The notes below the pieces were generated by a model. The model saw only the letters and a program-made list of their open reading frames with translations. It was not told the DNA's origin and did no database searches. Shown here in pieces: positions 18,337 through 28,485 of a stretch of DNA of 64,000 nt (position 1 is the first letter of the stretch; the number at the start of each line of letters is the position of its first letter). Origin of the DNA: Chloroflexota bacterium (GTDB taxonomy: Bacteria > Chloroflexota > UBA5177). The stretch lies in assembly GCA_051002135.1 (NCBI GenBank), contig JBPCMQ010000060.1, positions 144,008 to 208,007 of the forward strand, given 5' to 3'. A program made the translations under genes and the position numbers.

Positions 18337-18867
18337 TTACGCGGTTTGGACCTTGCGGAGCCCGGCAGACATTTGAGCAGCGGTCATGGGTCCGTAGTCG
18401 ACGGCACGAATGGTCCCGCGAGCGTCGAGCCAAAAGCTCACAGGCTGGATTCCATACACCCCGTACTGATTCGACACCGCGTAATTCGAATCCAGGACCG
18501 GAACGAACTGCAGCTTGAAGGAGGCGGCGAAGGATTGCACGTCCGAGGCCGGCTCCGCTTTGTCCACGGCCAGTACCCGGAGGTCCGAGGAGTGCGAGCG
18601 GTAAAACGTCTCGATGCGCGGCATCTCACTGCGGCACGGAATACACCAGGTGGCGAAGAAGTTGATAAGCACCGGCGTGCCCTTGAGCTGCCGCAGGGTG
18701 ACGAGCCGGCCCCTGGTGTCTTTCAGAGCAAAAAGGGGAGCGAGATGTCCGGCACGTGGCGCGTAGGACTCCGCTTTGCGCCCGGCAGGCCGCACCAGCG
18801 CTACTCCAGCCGCCGCGACCACGAGCACTAGCAGAGACGCGCCAATCGCCGCTTGCGGCCGTCGCAT
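18337..18867 (-). CDS. TlpA/ResA-like thiol-disulfide oxidoreductase (thioredoxin fold, membrane-anchored)
   Basis: ATWCIPC is the CxxC active site, with an N-terminal TM segment LLVLVVAAAGVAL. The start was taken at the internal ATG (MRRPQ) directly after the upstream stop. Confidence 0.8.
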   Translation of the reverse strand: MRRPQAAIGASLLVLVVAAAGVALVRPAGRKAESYAPRAGHLAPLFALKDTRGRLVTLRQLKGTPVLINFFATWCIPCRSEMPRIETFYRSHSSDLRVLAVDKAEPASDVQSFAASFKLQFVPVLDSNYAVSNQYGVYGIQPVSFWLDARGTIRAVDYGPMTAAQMSAGLRKVQTA

Positions 18868-18868
18868 C

Positions 18869-19585
18869 CTACAGCTCCACACTTTCCGCCGGGGAAACAC
18901 TGCGATCGGGTGGCTGCAGGCTGCCGGCGCCCGAGCAGCCCCGTACGGAGCAGTGAAAGTCCGAGTTGATCCAACAACCGGCATGATGGGCTGAGCCGCA
19001 AACGTTACATACTGCCGCAACTTCACCCGCACGCAGAAGCTCTTTGCACGTGGCGCACGGACGGGACAACGAGTCGACACCGACACGAATCGTGCGTATC
19101 CTGGCCTCGTCAGCCGTGGCGATCGGTGTCGACCCCACGGGCACAATGACGGGCTGCACCACGGGCCCGGCATCCGGCGGCCGGCTCTCAGCGGCGATTT
19201 CCTCCCCTACCACGGGTTTCGCCGACTCCTGGGTCGTCTCGGCCGCGAGCTCGTCCTGCACCGGTTGCGGACTTCGTGCGTCGGCAATCAGACCGCCAAT
19301 GAACGCCGGCAGCCCCGCGCTGACGGCCATCACTGCCAGAACCGTAAGTGGCGCGAACCCACGACCAGCTACAGCCTGCACTATGAGAGTGAAACATCCA
19401 CCAAGAATGGCGAGACGGCTGTACCAGGTGAATTCGCTCAACGACGCACTCATGTCTCTCGTTTGACCACCGGAAAGGGCGTCACACTCCTCGCATTCGC
19501 GAAAGCAGCTTGTCGCGCAGCCCCGCGTCATCGCGGAGACGAGCTGTGACGTTCGGCCATGACGTGCGGAATCGGAGATACTCAT
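18869..19585 (-). CDS. Membrane protein with N- and C-terminal Cys-rich (zinc-finger-like) segments, possibly anti-sigma-factor-like
   Basis: CATSCFRECEECD lies at the N-terminus, followed by two hydrophobic helices. CATCK...CNVCGSAHHAGCW lies at the C-terminus. The start is uncertain because the ORF overlaps the upstream gene by ~100 nt. Confidence 0.45.
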   Translation of the reverse strand: MSISDSARHGRTSQLVSAMTRGCATSCFRECEECDALSGGQTRDMSASLSEFTWYSRLAILGGCFTLIVQAVAGRGFAPLTVLAVMAVSAGLPAFIGGLIADARSPQPVQDELAAETTQESAKPVVGEEIAAESRPPDAGPVVQPVIVPVGSTPIATADEARIRTIRVGVDSLSRPCATCKELLRAGEVAAVCNVCGSAHHAGCWINSDFHCSVRGCSGAGSLQPPDRSVSPAESVEL

Positions 19586-20702
19586 CGATCTTTTCCCTCG
19601 CCGTCTCCGTAGTGTGACGCAGGAAGCCGTCTATATCCTCGGGATAGCGAGCGGCGCTCAAAGCCTCGCGGGCGTCCTCCTCGTGGTTGTCCGACAGGAA
19701 TTCTCCGGGATAGGGCATCAGCTCCTCGACCGTGAGCGGCCGCAGATCCGGCACGGTCTGCGAGATCAGCAGCTTCTCGCGCTCGTAGGTGAAGCGCATC
19801 ACGTCTTGCTCGAGCTTCGACCAGGAGGCGTCCTGGTACGAGCCCCCGGCGGGAGGGCGGTGGAGAATACGCAGGTCCTTGCGCATGAAGATATTCTTAC
19901 CTTCGAGGCGGGCGTTGATCAGGTAGTCGATGTCCTCGCCACGCGTAATCTGTGGGTCGAAACCGACACTCGCCGCGAGCTCCGGCGTGAATTCCATGTT
20001 GCCGCCGAAGCAAAACGGCGTCAGGACAATGTCCCCGGGGTCGCGCTGCAGCATCTCCGTAGCCGCATTCATGATCGACGCTTTGCGATCGAAGATGTTG
20101 GGCGACCTGGACTTATCGGGATCGATCCGCAGCAAGATGCCGCCGTCGTCCTGCAGGTAATACCCCGAAAGACCGTCGACGACACGACCGTCGATACTCG
20201 TTCCAAGCGGCTCGGTGGCCTTGCGGAGAAAGGCGGAATCGGTCACGATCTCATCATCATCGAGCGCGACGATCGCTTGACTCCCCAGGGTCAGAGGAAT
20301 CGCTAGCTGAAGATTTCGAATCTTTGGATATCGCGCAAGATCGAGGAATGAGGTTCGGTCTTCCCCGGCCTCACCGTTGAGCCGCTCCCGTAGCACCTGA
20401 AGAGTGGACGGACCAAAGACAAGACTTGTCACACCCGGATACCCCGCGACAAGATCGCGCACCCGGGCCTCGGCGTCTCGCGCGACGTCCGCACCGGTGA
20501 CAGCCACGAGAATCAGCAGGTAGAAGGTGCGAGTGTCGAGCTTCTCGAGGCTCTCGAGCAGGGCGTCGAGTGTGCTGGGAGCGTCCACGGCGGTAGGGTG
20601 ATCGTAGACAGCGTCCCCGGCACACGAGGCGCCCCCGGCACGCGACCAGTACGTCGGCACGACGACACATGTCGATGGCAGCATAACGGCTGATATTAGC
20701 AT
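19482..20702 (-). CDS. Glycosyltransferase-like protein (GT-A fold suspected), function unknown
   Basis: CVVVPTYW and IVALDDDEI (DxD-like) suggest a GT-A fold. The start was set at an internal ATG (MLISAVMLPS); the upstream part of the ORF is Arg-rich and unlikely to be coding. Confidence 0.55.
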   Translation of the reverse strand: MLISAVMLPSTCVVVPTYWSRAGGASCAGDAVYDHPTAVDAPSTLDALLESLEKLDTRTFYLLILVAVTGADVARDAEARVRDLVAGYPGVTSLVFGPSTLQVLRERLNGEAGEDRTSFLDLARYPKIRNLQLAIPLTLGSQAIVALDDDEIVTDSAFLRKATEPLGTSIDGRVVDGLSGYYLQDDGGILLRIDPDKSRSPNIFDRKASIMNAATEMLQRDPGDIVLTPFCFGGNMEFTPELAASVGFDPQITRGEDIDYLINARLEGKNIFMRKDLRILHRPPAGGSYQDASWSKLEQDVMRFTYEREKLLISQTVPDLRPLTVEELMPYPGEFLSDNHEEDAREALSAARYPEDIDGFLRHTTETAREKIDEYLRFRTSWPNVTARLRDDAGLRDKLLSRMRGV

Positions 20703-21017
20703 GCAGAAATTCGTGACCGGAGCGTTGCGGAATGGCGCACCGACTGCCGCGTGATCGAGCCTCCTTTTGAAAATGGAATGCGTCAGATCAGGCGGCCTTG
20801 TCCTCGTGCGGCGCTGCAAGAGCGAAGCTCGTTTCCCTCCCCGTACAAGGCACATTTGCGTCGTCTCTTCCTGAGCTCCACTCGAATCGTCTATTCCGCC
20901 AGCCGAGACCGCACGACGTACGAGTTCACGCAGGTCGCCGCCTTTCCGGGCTTTCACTCCTCCACGTGGCCCCTGGGTCGACGTGCAGCGAGTTCATTGA
21001 AGCGCACCAGAGCGCAG

Positions 21018-21479
21018 CTAAGGGTACGAGCGAACGGACTCTTTGTCTTGCGGCCACAGCTTTACGGACTGTTGGCCGTGACCGTACCGGATGAGAGCTG
21101 CGCTGTCGATGTCCACTGTGAACAGGTGAAAGCGCGCACCCTTCCATTCCGTCATCGTGTTCACATACGTACCCCTAGCTTCCGGCTCGTGAATCTCCGT
21201 CGCCAGACCACGAACACTGACTTCCACTTCGTCCCCTGTCGAGGTGCAAACGGTGTTGTGCAGAACTAGGCGCGGGTCGCGCAACAGATCAAGCGCTTTG
21301 CGTGACTGCCACATCATGCCGAGAAAGAGATTTCCATCGAGGATGCACGGTTCGACACAACTAATGCGCGGCGAGCCGTCGGCTCGAATCGTACCGATCA
21401 ACGCTACTTCTCTGCAGATCTGCGCCTTGGCCATAGCAGCGAACTCAGGGGCGGAGGACTCGAATCTCTGCCAGGTCAT
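21018..21479 (-). CDS. Pyridoxamine 5'-phosphate oxidase family (FMN-binding split-barrel) protein
   Basis: The pattern ALIGTIRADGSPRISCVEP...NLFLGMMWQSRKALDLLRDPRLVL matches PNPOx-like proteins. Confidence 0.7.
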   Translation of the reverse strand: MTWQRFESSAPEFAAMAKAQICREVALIGTIRADGSPRISCVEPCILDGNLFLGMMWQSRKALDLLRDPRLVLHNTVCTSTGDEVEVSVRGLATEIHEPEARGTYVNTMTEWKGARFHLFTVDIDSAALIRYGHGQQSVKLWPQDKESVRSYP

Positions 21480-21630
21480 TGCCGTTCCGATCTCGGTGTC
21501 GGGCGCCTACCGCCAGCGTCGCGACTCATCCCCTCGAACGCGTGAAAGGCGACGCGGTTGGATGTTCTCGCATCTAACAGGGATGCACTGAACGACGCAC
21601 AACGGGTCCGCGCCGCACGGTCGTCTCTTT

Positions 21631-21870
21631 CTAGTGATCCGCATCCTTCTGCTCGGTTGGGTGCACGAGTCGAGATCTCGCCGCCTGAAACTCTTCCTCG
21701 GTCAAGGTGCCCGATGTGCGCAACTCGTCAAGTCTGTCGAACTCTTCTTGCAAATGCAGTCCGGGAGAGCCTCCGCTACCCGGCACATACTCTTCACCGC
21801 GCATCCCTGTCTTGAAGGCCTGAACCGTCTCGGCAAGCAGCTCCTTGCTTCCTTCAATTGCATCGTCCAT
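21631..21870 (-). CDS. SHOCT-domain protein
   Basis: The C-terminus LDELRTSGTLTEEEFQAARSRL is the SHOCT motif. The protein is 79 aa. Confidence 0.7.
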   Translation of the reverse strand: MDDAIEGSKELLAETVQAFKTGMRGEEYVPGSGGSPGLHLQEEFDRLDELRTSGTLTEEEFQAARSRLVHPTEQKDADH

Positions 21871-21973
21871 TATTGTTTCCCCCTGAGCCCCAGTATGAAG
21901 AACTGTTCGTATCCCAGAAAATTCCGAAAAACCGCGGGGCCGTCAGCGAGAATGCCACACCTCACAGCTGGCG

Positions 21974-22675
21974 TCAGACCGACGCAACTCCGCCGCTCCA
22001 CACATCTTGCGCCGTGCGGAGCAACGCTTCCAGAGGCATCTGTGCCAGGGACGACAAGCACAAGTCCGCGTGATCAATCGGAAGCTGGCGCGAGATTGCG
22101 TTGGGCACGACAACGCAGAAGATGCCCGCGCCTTGCGCCGCCGTTATTCCATTCGGAGAGTCCTCGAAGGCGAGTGTTTCTGACGAAAGCAGTCTCATGC
22201 GCGCGAGGGCAACCTGATACAGATCCGGATGTGGTTTCGACCGCGGCGCGTCCTCCCCACAGACAACGGCTATAAATCGATCTCTTAGCTCGTACTCGTA
22301 GAGATAGGCGTCCACCCACGAGTGAGGAGAGCTCGATACCACCGCCAGGGCAAGACCCATCACTTGTCCCTCATCAATGCGGTCGAGCACACCGGGTAGC
22401 AGAGATTCTGCCTCGATAAGCTCCACCTTCCGGATCAGCCGCTGACGGTGAATCTCCTCACGATTGAGAGTCCGGCCCGTTTCGCTCTCCAGATATGCCA
22501 CGTGATCCCACTCGATGCCGGATCCACCCAGCACTCGGGACCACATCTCGATGGTCAATGTACACCCGTGCTCCCTGTAAACCTCCTGCCATGACGTGAA
22601 CGCAGGGACCTCGGTGTCGAGGATGAGACCGTCGAAGTCGAAGATGACGCCGCGGATTGGCGCTGACTGGCTCAT
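21974..22675 (-). CDS. HAD-superfamily hydrolase (beta-phosphoglucomutase-like subfamily IA)
   Basis: Motif I is GVIFDFDGLILDTE. The HAD core motifs are present downstream (FEDSPNGITAAQGAG). Confidence 0.85.
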   Translation of the reverse strand: MSQSAPIRGVIFDFDGLILDTEVPAFTSWQEVYREHGCTLTIEMWSRVLGGSGIEWDHVAYLESETGRTLNREEIHRQRLIRKVELIEAESLLPGVLDRIDEGQVMGLALAVVSSSPHSWVDAYLYEYELRDRFIAVVCGEDAPRSKPHPDLYQVALARMRLLSSETLAFEDSPNGITAAQGAGIFCVVVPNAISRQLPIDHADLCLSSLAQMPLEALLRTAQDVWSGGVASV

Positions 22676-22841
22676 GGGGCGACAAGCTTCTTCATGTATG
22701 CGAATGGTAGCAGGCTCAGAACATCGGACTGGAGGAGAGAACCGCAGCAGTGAGTTGGGTGCCGCGCCGAAAAACGTAAGAGAGCGCCACTCACGTCTAC
22801 ATCTAGCCGCATGGCAAAGCCGATGATACAGTGAGGGCGCA

Positions 22842-23993
22842 ATGGCCGATCCGATCTACCTGGACTACAACGCGACAGCACCCGTGGATCCCGCGGTCGT
22901 GGCGGCCATGCGCCCGTACCTGGAGAAGCGATTCGGCAACGCGTCGAGCGCTCACGAGTACGGCTATGAAGCCCGCGAAGGCGTGGAGGCCAGCCGCTCC
23001 AACGTGGCGTCGTTGATCGGCGCAAGCGCGGACGACATCATTTTTACGGGCGGCGGCAGCGAGACCAACAATCTCGCCATAAAGGGCGCGGTCTTCGCCT
23101 GCCTGGACAAACGGCCGCATATCATCAGCAGTGTGGTCGAGCACCCGGCGGTCCTGAACACCCTCCACTACCTGCACCGGCGTTTCGGTGTCGAGTCCAC
23201 CCTCGTGCCCGTGGACCAGAGCGGCACCGTGTCGCCCGATGCGATCCGCGAGGCACTTCGGCCGGAGACGGTTCTTGTCACTATCATGCACGCGAACAAC
23301 GAGGTGGGCACGATCCAGCCGCTCGCGCGGATCGGGGAAATTACGCATGCTGCCGGAGTCCTGTTCCATGTGGATGCGGCGCAGTCAGTCGGAAAACTGC
23401 CCGTGGACGTGACCGAGCTTGGCATCGATCTTCTGACAATCGCCGCTCACAAGCTTTACGGGCCCAAGGGAGTCGGAGCGCTTTATCTTCGGAGCGGGGT
23501 GCAGATCGACCCGTTGATTCACGGCAGCTCGCAGGAGCACGGCATGCGGGCCGGCACGGAAAATGTTGCCGGCATCGTGGGACTGGGGGTGGCCGCCGGC
23601 ATAGCCACGCACGACATCCGCGAGGAAGAGACTCGCCTGCGTTCCCTGCGAGATCGGCTACATCGACTCCTTGGCGAAGGCGTACGAGGGACGGAGCTGA
23701 ACGGCCACCCGGTGGATCGGTTGCCAAATACCCTGAACATCAGCCTGCCTCACGCCGTCGGTCAGGCTGTCTTGGTGTACGCTCCCGAGGTCGCGGCTTC
23801 CACGGGCTCGGCCTGTCATTCCGCAGCCGTTGAACCCTCGCCGGTGCTGCTTGCGATGGGTCTCAGTCGCGAACGAGCACTCGGCGCGCTTCGGCTCTCG
23901 CTCGGCCGGTGGTCGACCGAGGAAGAGATGGACCGAGCCTCGGAAGCGCTCGTGACGGCGTATGAAGCGGTTGCACTCATTCCGGCGTCGTAA
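22842..23993 (+). CDS. Cysteine desulfurase (NifS/IscS family, PLP-dependent)
   Basis: IYLDYNATAPVDP, SSVVEHPAVL and AHKLYGPKGVGALY (PLP lysine region) are present. The protein is 383 aa. Confidence 0.9.
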   Translation: MADPIYLDYNATAPVDPAVVAAMRPYLEKRFGNASSAHEYGYEAREGVEASRSNVASLIGASADDIIFTGGGSETNNLAIKGAVFACLDKRPHIISSVVEHPAVLNTLHYLHRRFGVESTLVPVDQSGTVSPDAIREALRPETVLVTIMHANNEVGTIQPLARIGEITHAAGVLFHVDAAQSVGKLPVDVTELGIDLLTIAAHKLYGPKGVGALYLRSGVQIDPLIHGSSQEHGMRAGTENVAGIVGLGVAAGIATHDIREEETRLRSLRDRLHRLLGEGVRGTELNGHPVDRLPNTLNISLPHAVGQAVLVYAPEVAASTGSACHSAAVEPSPVLLAMGLSRERALGALRLSLGRWSTEEEMDRASEALVTAYEAVALIPAS

Positions 23994-24010
23994 AGGCGAG
24001 AGCGAACTGC

Positions 24011-24667
24011 TCAGTTCATCCCCGCCGGTCCACAGCTCCTGATTGGGCCCTTCATATCGAGTTGGAATCCCGCGACCAACGCTCTTTCCCGACCCTTGTC
24101 CCTACACCTACTCACAAAATTTTCCAAGAGCCTTGGCCCGTCCCTTGTGAGCACCGACTCGGGATGAAACTGCACGCCCTCGATGTCGAGCGAGCGGTGG
24201 CGGAGCCCCATGATGGTGCCGTCGCTCGTCTGCGCGGTGATCTCGAGACATTCGGGAATCGAGTCGCGTTCTACGGCGAGCGAGTGGTAGCGGACTGCCT
24301 CGAACGGAGAAGGGAGACCCTCGAAGAGGCCTTGAGACGAGTGGAACACCAATGAGATCTTGCCGTGCATCAGATCGGCGGCCGGTCCGACGCGAGCGCC
24401 AAACGCGGCCCCGACGCATTGATGGCCAAGGCACACGCCCAGAACCGGCGCCTCCCGAGGGGTGTCACGCAGCACGTCGTTCGATACGCCGGCGTGGCTT
24501 GGGTTGCCGGGACCGGGCGAGATGACGATACCGTCGGGTCGCATGTTCCGAATTTCGTCGAAACTCACCTGATCGTTCCGTACCACCCGCACCTCGGCTC
24601 CCAACATCGCCAGCGCTTGATAGAGGTTGTACGTGAAGCTGTCGTAGTTGTCGATCAGAAGCATCAT
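24011..24667 (-). CDS. trpG: Anthranilate synthase component II / glutamine amidotransferase (TrpG/PabA)
   Basis: MLLIDNYDSFTYNLYQ...GVCLGHQ is a class I GATase with a catalytic Cys. It overlaps the trpE stop with ATGA. Confidence 0.9.
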   Translation of the reverse strand: MMLLIDNYDSFTYNLYQALAMLGAEVRVVRNDQVSFDEIRNMRPDGIVISPGPGNPSHAGVSNDVLRDTPREAPVLGVCLGHQCVGAAFGARVGPAADLMHGKISLVFHSSQGLFEGLPSPFEAVRYHSLAVERDSIPECLEITAQTSDGTIMGLRHRSLDIEGVQFHPESVLTRDGPRLLENFVSRCRDKGRERALVAGFQLDMKGPIRSCGPAGMN

Positions 24668-26124
24668 CTCGTCCCTCCCGCGGCCTCGAGCAGCGCCATT
24701 GCCTTGTTCATCGTCTCTTCGAACTCTCGGTCCGGGACCGAATCTGCCACGATACCGGCTCCCGCCTGCACGTAGAGCCGGCCATCCTTAACGACCCCGG
24801 TCCGAATTGTGATCGCCATCTCCACATCCCCGTTCGTATTGATGAATCCAACCGCCCCGCCGTACGGTCCCCTACGCTCGTCTTCCAGATCGGCGATGAT
24901 CTGCATGGCCCGTATCTTTGGCGCCCCCGAAAGCGTGCCCGCCGGGAAGGCGGCACGAAGCGCGTCGAAGCTGGTGCACTCCGGACGAAGGACGCCGGCG
25001 ACGTCAGACACGAGATGCATGACGTGGGAGAAGTGCTCGACATACATAAACCGCGTCACCTCCACGCTGCCCGGCCGGCTGACCCGGCCCACGTCGTTGC
25101 GCCCAAGATCGACCAGCATCAGGTGCTCCGCTCGCTCTTTGTCGTCCGCCAGCAGCTCGGCCGCAAGCTCCTCATCTTCCCCGGGCGTCGACCCACGGCG
25201 ACGCGTGCCCGCGATCGGCCGAAGGAGAACAGTATCTCCGGTCACCTCGAGCAGAAGCTCGGGAGAAGCCCCGACGATCTGGTGGTCGACGAAGTCAATG
25301 TAGTACATGTATGGCGACGGGCTCACGGCGCGCAGCTGCCGGTACAGATCGAATGGGTCGCCGGGGTAGGGCCTCGACAGCCTCTGTGACAGAACGACTT
25401 GCAGGATATCCCCGCAGCGGATATGATCCTTGGCCTTCATCACCATGGCTTCAAAGTCTTGCTGCCGAACATTGCTGCCCAGGCTGGCGGGCGTACTCCT
25501 GATCGTGGCAGAGGCATCCACCGGCCCGTGCAAAGCCTCGACAAGTCGGTCGATCCGACGGATCGCATCCTCGTACGCCTGCGGGAGTGGCGTGTCCATC
25601 CAGACATGGCTCAGCACTCGGATCTTGTGCAAGACGTGGTCGAAGATGAGCACCGTGTCCACGTCCATGAAGGCCGCGTCCGGGAGCTCCAGCGAGTCGA
25701 GCCGCGCTGCCGGAAGGCGCTCGAAGTAGCCGGCGGCCTCATAAGACAGATAACCGAGCGCGCCGCCCTCGAAACGGGCTCGCGCCATCTGACGGCAGTC
25801 GTAGCTCTGCACCATCGATCGAACCGCCGCAAGCGGATCCAGGCACGCCCATGACTCGCCACCATCAAACTGCGCCGTGCCGTCCTTGACCCGCAGGACT
25901 TTCCGAGGATTGTTTCCGATGAAGGAGTAACGTCCAAGCCGCTCGCCGCCTTCGACACTTTCGAGTAGGAAGCTGGGTCCAGTCGATCTAATCTTGAGAT
26001 AAGCGGAGACGGGGGTGTCCAGGTCGGCGAGAATCTCGCGCGAAACGACGACACTGTTGCCCTGGGGAAAACCATTCGACAGCTCTCCTAGAGAGGGCGA
26101 ATAGAGTCTCGCTTCTGCCTTCAT
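24664..26124 (-). CDS. trpE: Anthranilate synthase component I
   Basis: LLESVEGGERLGRYSFIG and the chorismate-binding C-terminal domain are present. The start was taken at the internal ATG (MKAEARLY) immediately after the aroH stop. Confidence 0.9.
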   Translation of the reverse strand: MKAEARLYSPSLGELSNGFPQGNSVVVSREILADLDTPVSAYLKIRSTGPSFLLESVEGGERLGRYSFIGNNPRKVLRVKDGTAQFDGGESWACLDPLAAVRSMVQSYDCRQMARARFEGGALGYLSYEAAGYFERLPAARLDSLELPDAAFMDVDTVLIFDHVLHKIRVLSHVWMDTPLPQAYEDAIRRIDRLVEALHGPVDASATIRSTPASLGSNVRQQDFEAMVMKAKDHIRCGDILQVVLSQRLSRPYPGDPFDLYRQLRAVSPSPYMYYIDFVDHQIVGASPELLLEVTGDTVLLRPIAGTRRRGSTPGEDEELAAELLADDKERAEHLMLVDLGRNDVGRVSRPGSVEVTRFMYVEHFSHVMHLVSDVAGVLRPECTSFDALRAAFPAGTLSGAPKIRAMQIIADLEDERRGPYGGAVGFINTNGDVEMAITIRTGVVKDGRLYVQAGAGIVADSVPDREFEETMNKAMALLEAAGGTR

Positions 26125-26471
26125 ACGTCCTCTCCGAGATCGGGGCGCAGCGACATCGCTTCGCCTAGATATACGTGACGAACGGGGTCGCGGCGATTTA
26201 CGTGAATGAGCGTTCGCAAGCAGCGCGGAATCGCGTCCGGGACGGCTATTTCCTGCATGTCCAGCATCGGCACGTCCCACCCCATGTGGCGGGCGGCGCG
26301 TGCTGGAAACGCGGCATTCAGATCGGGTGTGAGCGTGAACAGAACACTGACAATCTCATGGTTGCCAAGTTTGTTTCGGCGGGCCAGCTCGCGAAGAAGC
26401 TCGCATGTGGCTCTCTCTATCGCCTCCTCGGTATTGTTTTCCACCGTTATAGCGCCGCGTATTGCTCTCAC
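26121..26471 (-). CDS. aroH: Monofunctional chorismate mutase, AroH class
   Basis: VRAIRGAITVENNTEEAI matches the AroH N-terminus. A GTG start at 26471 is preceded by GGAGGA. It overlaps the aroQ stop (GTGA). Confidence 0.8.
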   Translation of the reverse strand: MRAIRGAITVENNTEEAIERATCELLRELARRNKLGNHEIVSVLFTLTPDLNAAFPARAARHMGWDVPMLDMQEIAVPDAIPRCLRTLIHVNRRDPVRHVYLGEAMSLRPDLGEDV

Positions 26472-26908
26472 GAGTCCTCCAGGAGGTCGAGGAGTCCCCA
26501 CAGCGCGAGCATATAGCTGCGCCAGCCGAATCCGCTCACTAGAGCCCGGCAAGCGGGTGCGACCACAGAAATCGACCGGAAAGTCTCGCGCGCCGCGGGA
26601 AGGGAGAGATGTACTTCGATCACCGGGTAGGCCACGGCGGCGACGGCGTCGCGGAGCGCATAGCTGTAGTGCGCGAGTGCTCCGGCGTTGAGCAGCGCGC
26701 CAGACGCCCAGGTTCGCGCCTCGTGCAGCATGTCTATAAGCTGTCCCTCGTGGTTGGACTGGAGACACGTCACTTCGACGCCTCGTTCCCGCGCAAGTCC
26801 GGCGAGACGCGTGTCGATGTCGTTCAGCGTGGTGTATCCGTAGACATCCGGTTCCCGCTCACCGGTGAGGTTCAAATTCGGCCCGTGCAAGATGAGTATT
26901 CGCTTCAT
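26468..26908 (-). CDS. aroQ: 3-dehydroquinate dehydratase, type II
   Basis: MKRILILHGPNLNLTGEREP...VIEVHLS is the type II DHQase signature. Confidence 0.9.
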   Translation of the reverse strand: MKRILILHGPNLNLTGEREPDVYGYTTLNDIDTRLAGLARERGVEVTCLQSNHEGQLIDMLHEARTWASGALLNAGALAHYSYALRDAVAAVAYPVIEVHLSLPAARETFRSISVVAPACRALVSGFGWRSYMLALWGLLDLLEDS

Positions 26909-28485
26909 GCCGCGGCTCGCAGGGCAAAACGGACGGCGGATCGTGCGTCGATCTCGGTTATGTCCACGACCCGACCTTCACCAATACGCACCGGTAGTGC
27001 AAAGCGCAGAGAGCCGCCGCGACGCTTCTTGTCCTGAGACATGTGCGCCATGACAACGTCCTCATCAAGGGCGGAGACGTGCAGAGGCAGTCCAAAGCGG
27101 TCGAGAAGCACGGATATGCGCTCCAGTGGTCCGCGTTCACACACGCCCAACCGTTCGGCTAGCCACGTCTCCGCGACCACCCCGATACTCACGGCTTCCC
27201 CGTGGGCCAGGCCATAGCCGCTCGCGGCCTCCACCCCGTGCGCAATCGTATGCCCAAAGTTCAGCATGGCCCGCTCCCCATTCTCGAATGGATCCCGTTG
27301 CACGATCCGTACTTTCTGGTGGATTGCTTCGCGAATGACCTGTGTGCAGCGCAGAATGGAACCCGCCCCATCCAGGTCTTCAAGCTGACGAAAGAGCGTT
27401 TCCGAACAGACCACGCCGATCTTGACTATCTCCGCCAGTCCTTCCGCCAGTCGCCCTGGCGGTAGCGTGCGCAGCGTTTTGGGATCGACGAGTACGGCAT
27501 CCGCTGGATAGAAAGCGCCAACCACGTTCTTCACCCGGCCAAAGTCAATGCCGACCTTTCCGCCGATGGATGCGTCGACCTGTGCCAGCAGGGACGTGGG
27601 CACAAGCACGAGCGGCAGGCCCCGGAGATACGTGGCCGCGACCAGTCCCGCAAGATCACACACCACGCCACCGCCAACTGCCACAATGACCGACTCTCGC
27701 TCAAGACGCCATCGTTGGCAAGCCTGGTAGAGCTTTTCGAGCCAGACGGTCGACTTCGTTACCTCCCCAGCGGGAAGCACCACACTATGTACGTCCGGCA
27801 CGAACACACGCAGCGACTCGACAATAGAGCCCGATATTCCTGCCGCCTCCACGTTTGCGTCGCCGACCACCAGTGCCTGCGTCATGGACGGCATCACGTC
27901 TCGCGCATTCTCAAGATGGGTCGCGATCCCGGCTTCAAAAACGATGCAGGAAACACGCGTGCGTTCCACATCGAGCGTCGCCACCCGTCGTAACTCGGAG
28001 ACCGCGGTCACCTGCACGGCGACTTCTTCCGCCGTCCGAGCCGTCGTGTCGATCTGCCGGAAACGAGCGTAGCCGTCGCGCCGCTCCTCGAGCAGCCGGC
28101 CGACAGTGCCGGCCGAAAGATCATTCAGCAATGGCCGGCCCGACGGGGAGTCGAGTCTGCGCTCCAGCTCATTGGCATCGCAGGTCAAGCAGAGGACGAT
28201 ATCCTCGGAGCCGAGCAGAGCACGGTTCGCACCCGATAGCAGGGCGCCACCGCCGGCGGCAATCACTCGGTGACGACCCCCGAGCGCAGCCCTCACTGCC
28301 ACGGTCTCCATCTCCCGAAATGCGCACTCCCCGTCCTCAGCAAAAATTTGTGCGATGCTCTTGCCGGCTTGTCTCTCGATCTGATCATCCGTGTCAACGA
28401 ACTGCAGGCCATGACGTTCGGCCAGCAAGCAGCCCACGGTGCTCTTGCCGGTGCCCATGAAGCCCGTCAGGACGAGATTTCTCAT
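26905..28485 (-). CDS. Bifunctional shikimate kinase / 3-dehydroquinate synthase (AroK-AroB fusion)
   Basis: The N-terminus MRNLVLTGFMGTGKSTVG is the shikimate kinase P-loop. The C-terminal half has DHQ synthase motifs (GGGVVCDLAG..., VDASIGGKVGI). The start was taken at the ATG overlapping the aroC stop (ATGA). Confidence 0.9.
   Translation of the reverse strand: MRNLVLTGFMGTGKSTVGCLLAERHGLQFVDTDDQIERQAGKSIAQIFAEDGECAFREMETVAVRAALGGRHRVIAAGGGALLSGANRALLGSEDIVLCLTCDANELERRLDSPSGRPLLNDLSAGTVGRLLEERRDGYARFRQIDTTARTAEEVAVQVTAVSELRRVATLDVERTRVSCIVFEAGIATHLENARDVMPSMTQALVVGDANVEAAGISGSIVESLRVFVPDVHSVVLPAGEVTKSTVWLEKLYQACQRWRLERESVIVAVGGGVVCDLAGLVAATYLRGLPLVLVPTSLLAQVDASIGGKVGIDFGRVKNVVGAFYPADAVLVDPKTLRTLPPGRLAEGLAEIVKIGVVCSETLFRQLEDLDGAGSILRCTQVIREAIHQKVRIVQRDPFENGERAMLNFGHTIAHGVEAASGYGLAHGEAVSIGVVAETWLAERLGVCERGPLERISVLLDRFGLPLHVSALDEDVVMAHMSQDKKRRGGSLRFALPVRIGEGRVVDITEIDARSAVRFALRAAA

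Noticed and set aside
19614-20306. 230-aa + ORF
   Set aside because: It is antisense to the minus-strand glycosyltransferase-like gene and is Arg/Val/Gln-rich, a shadow ORF.
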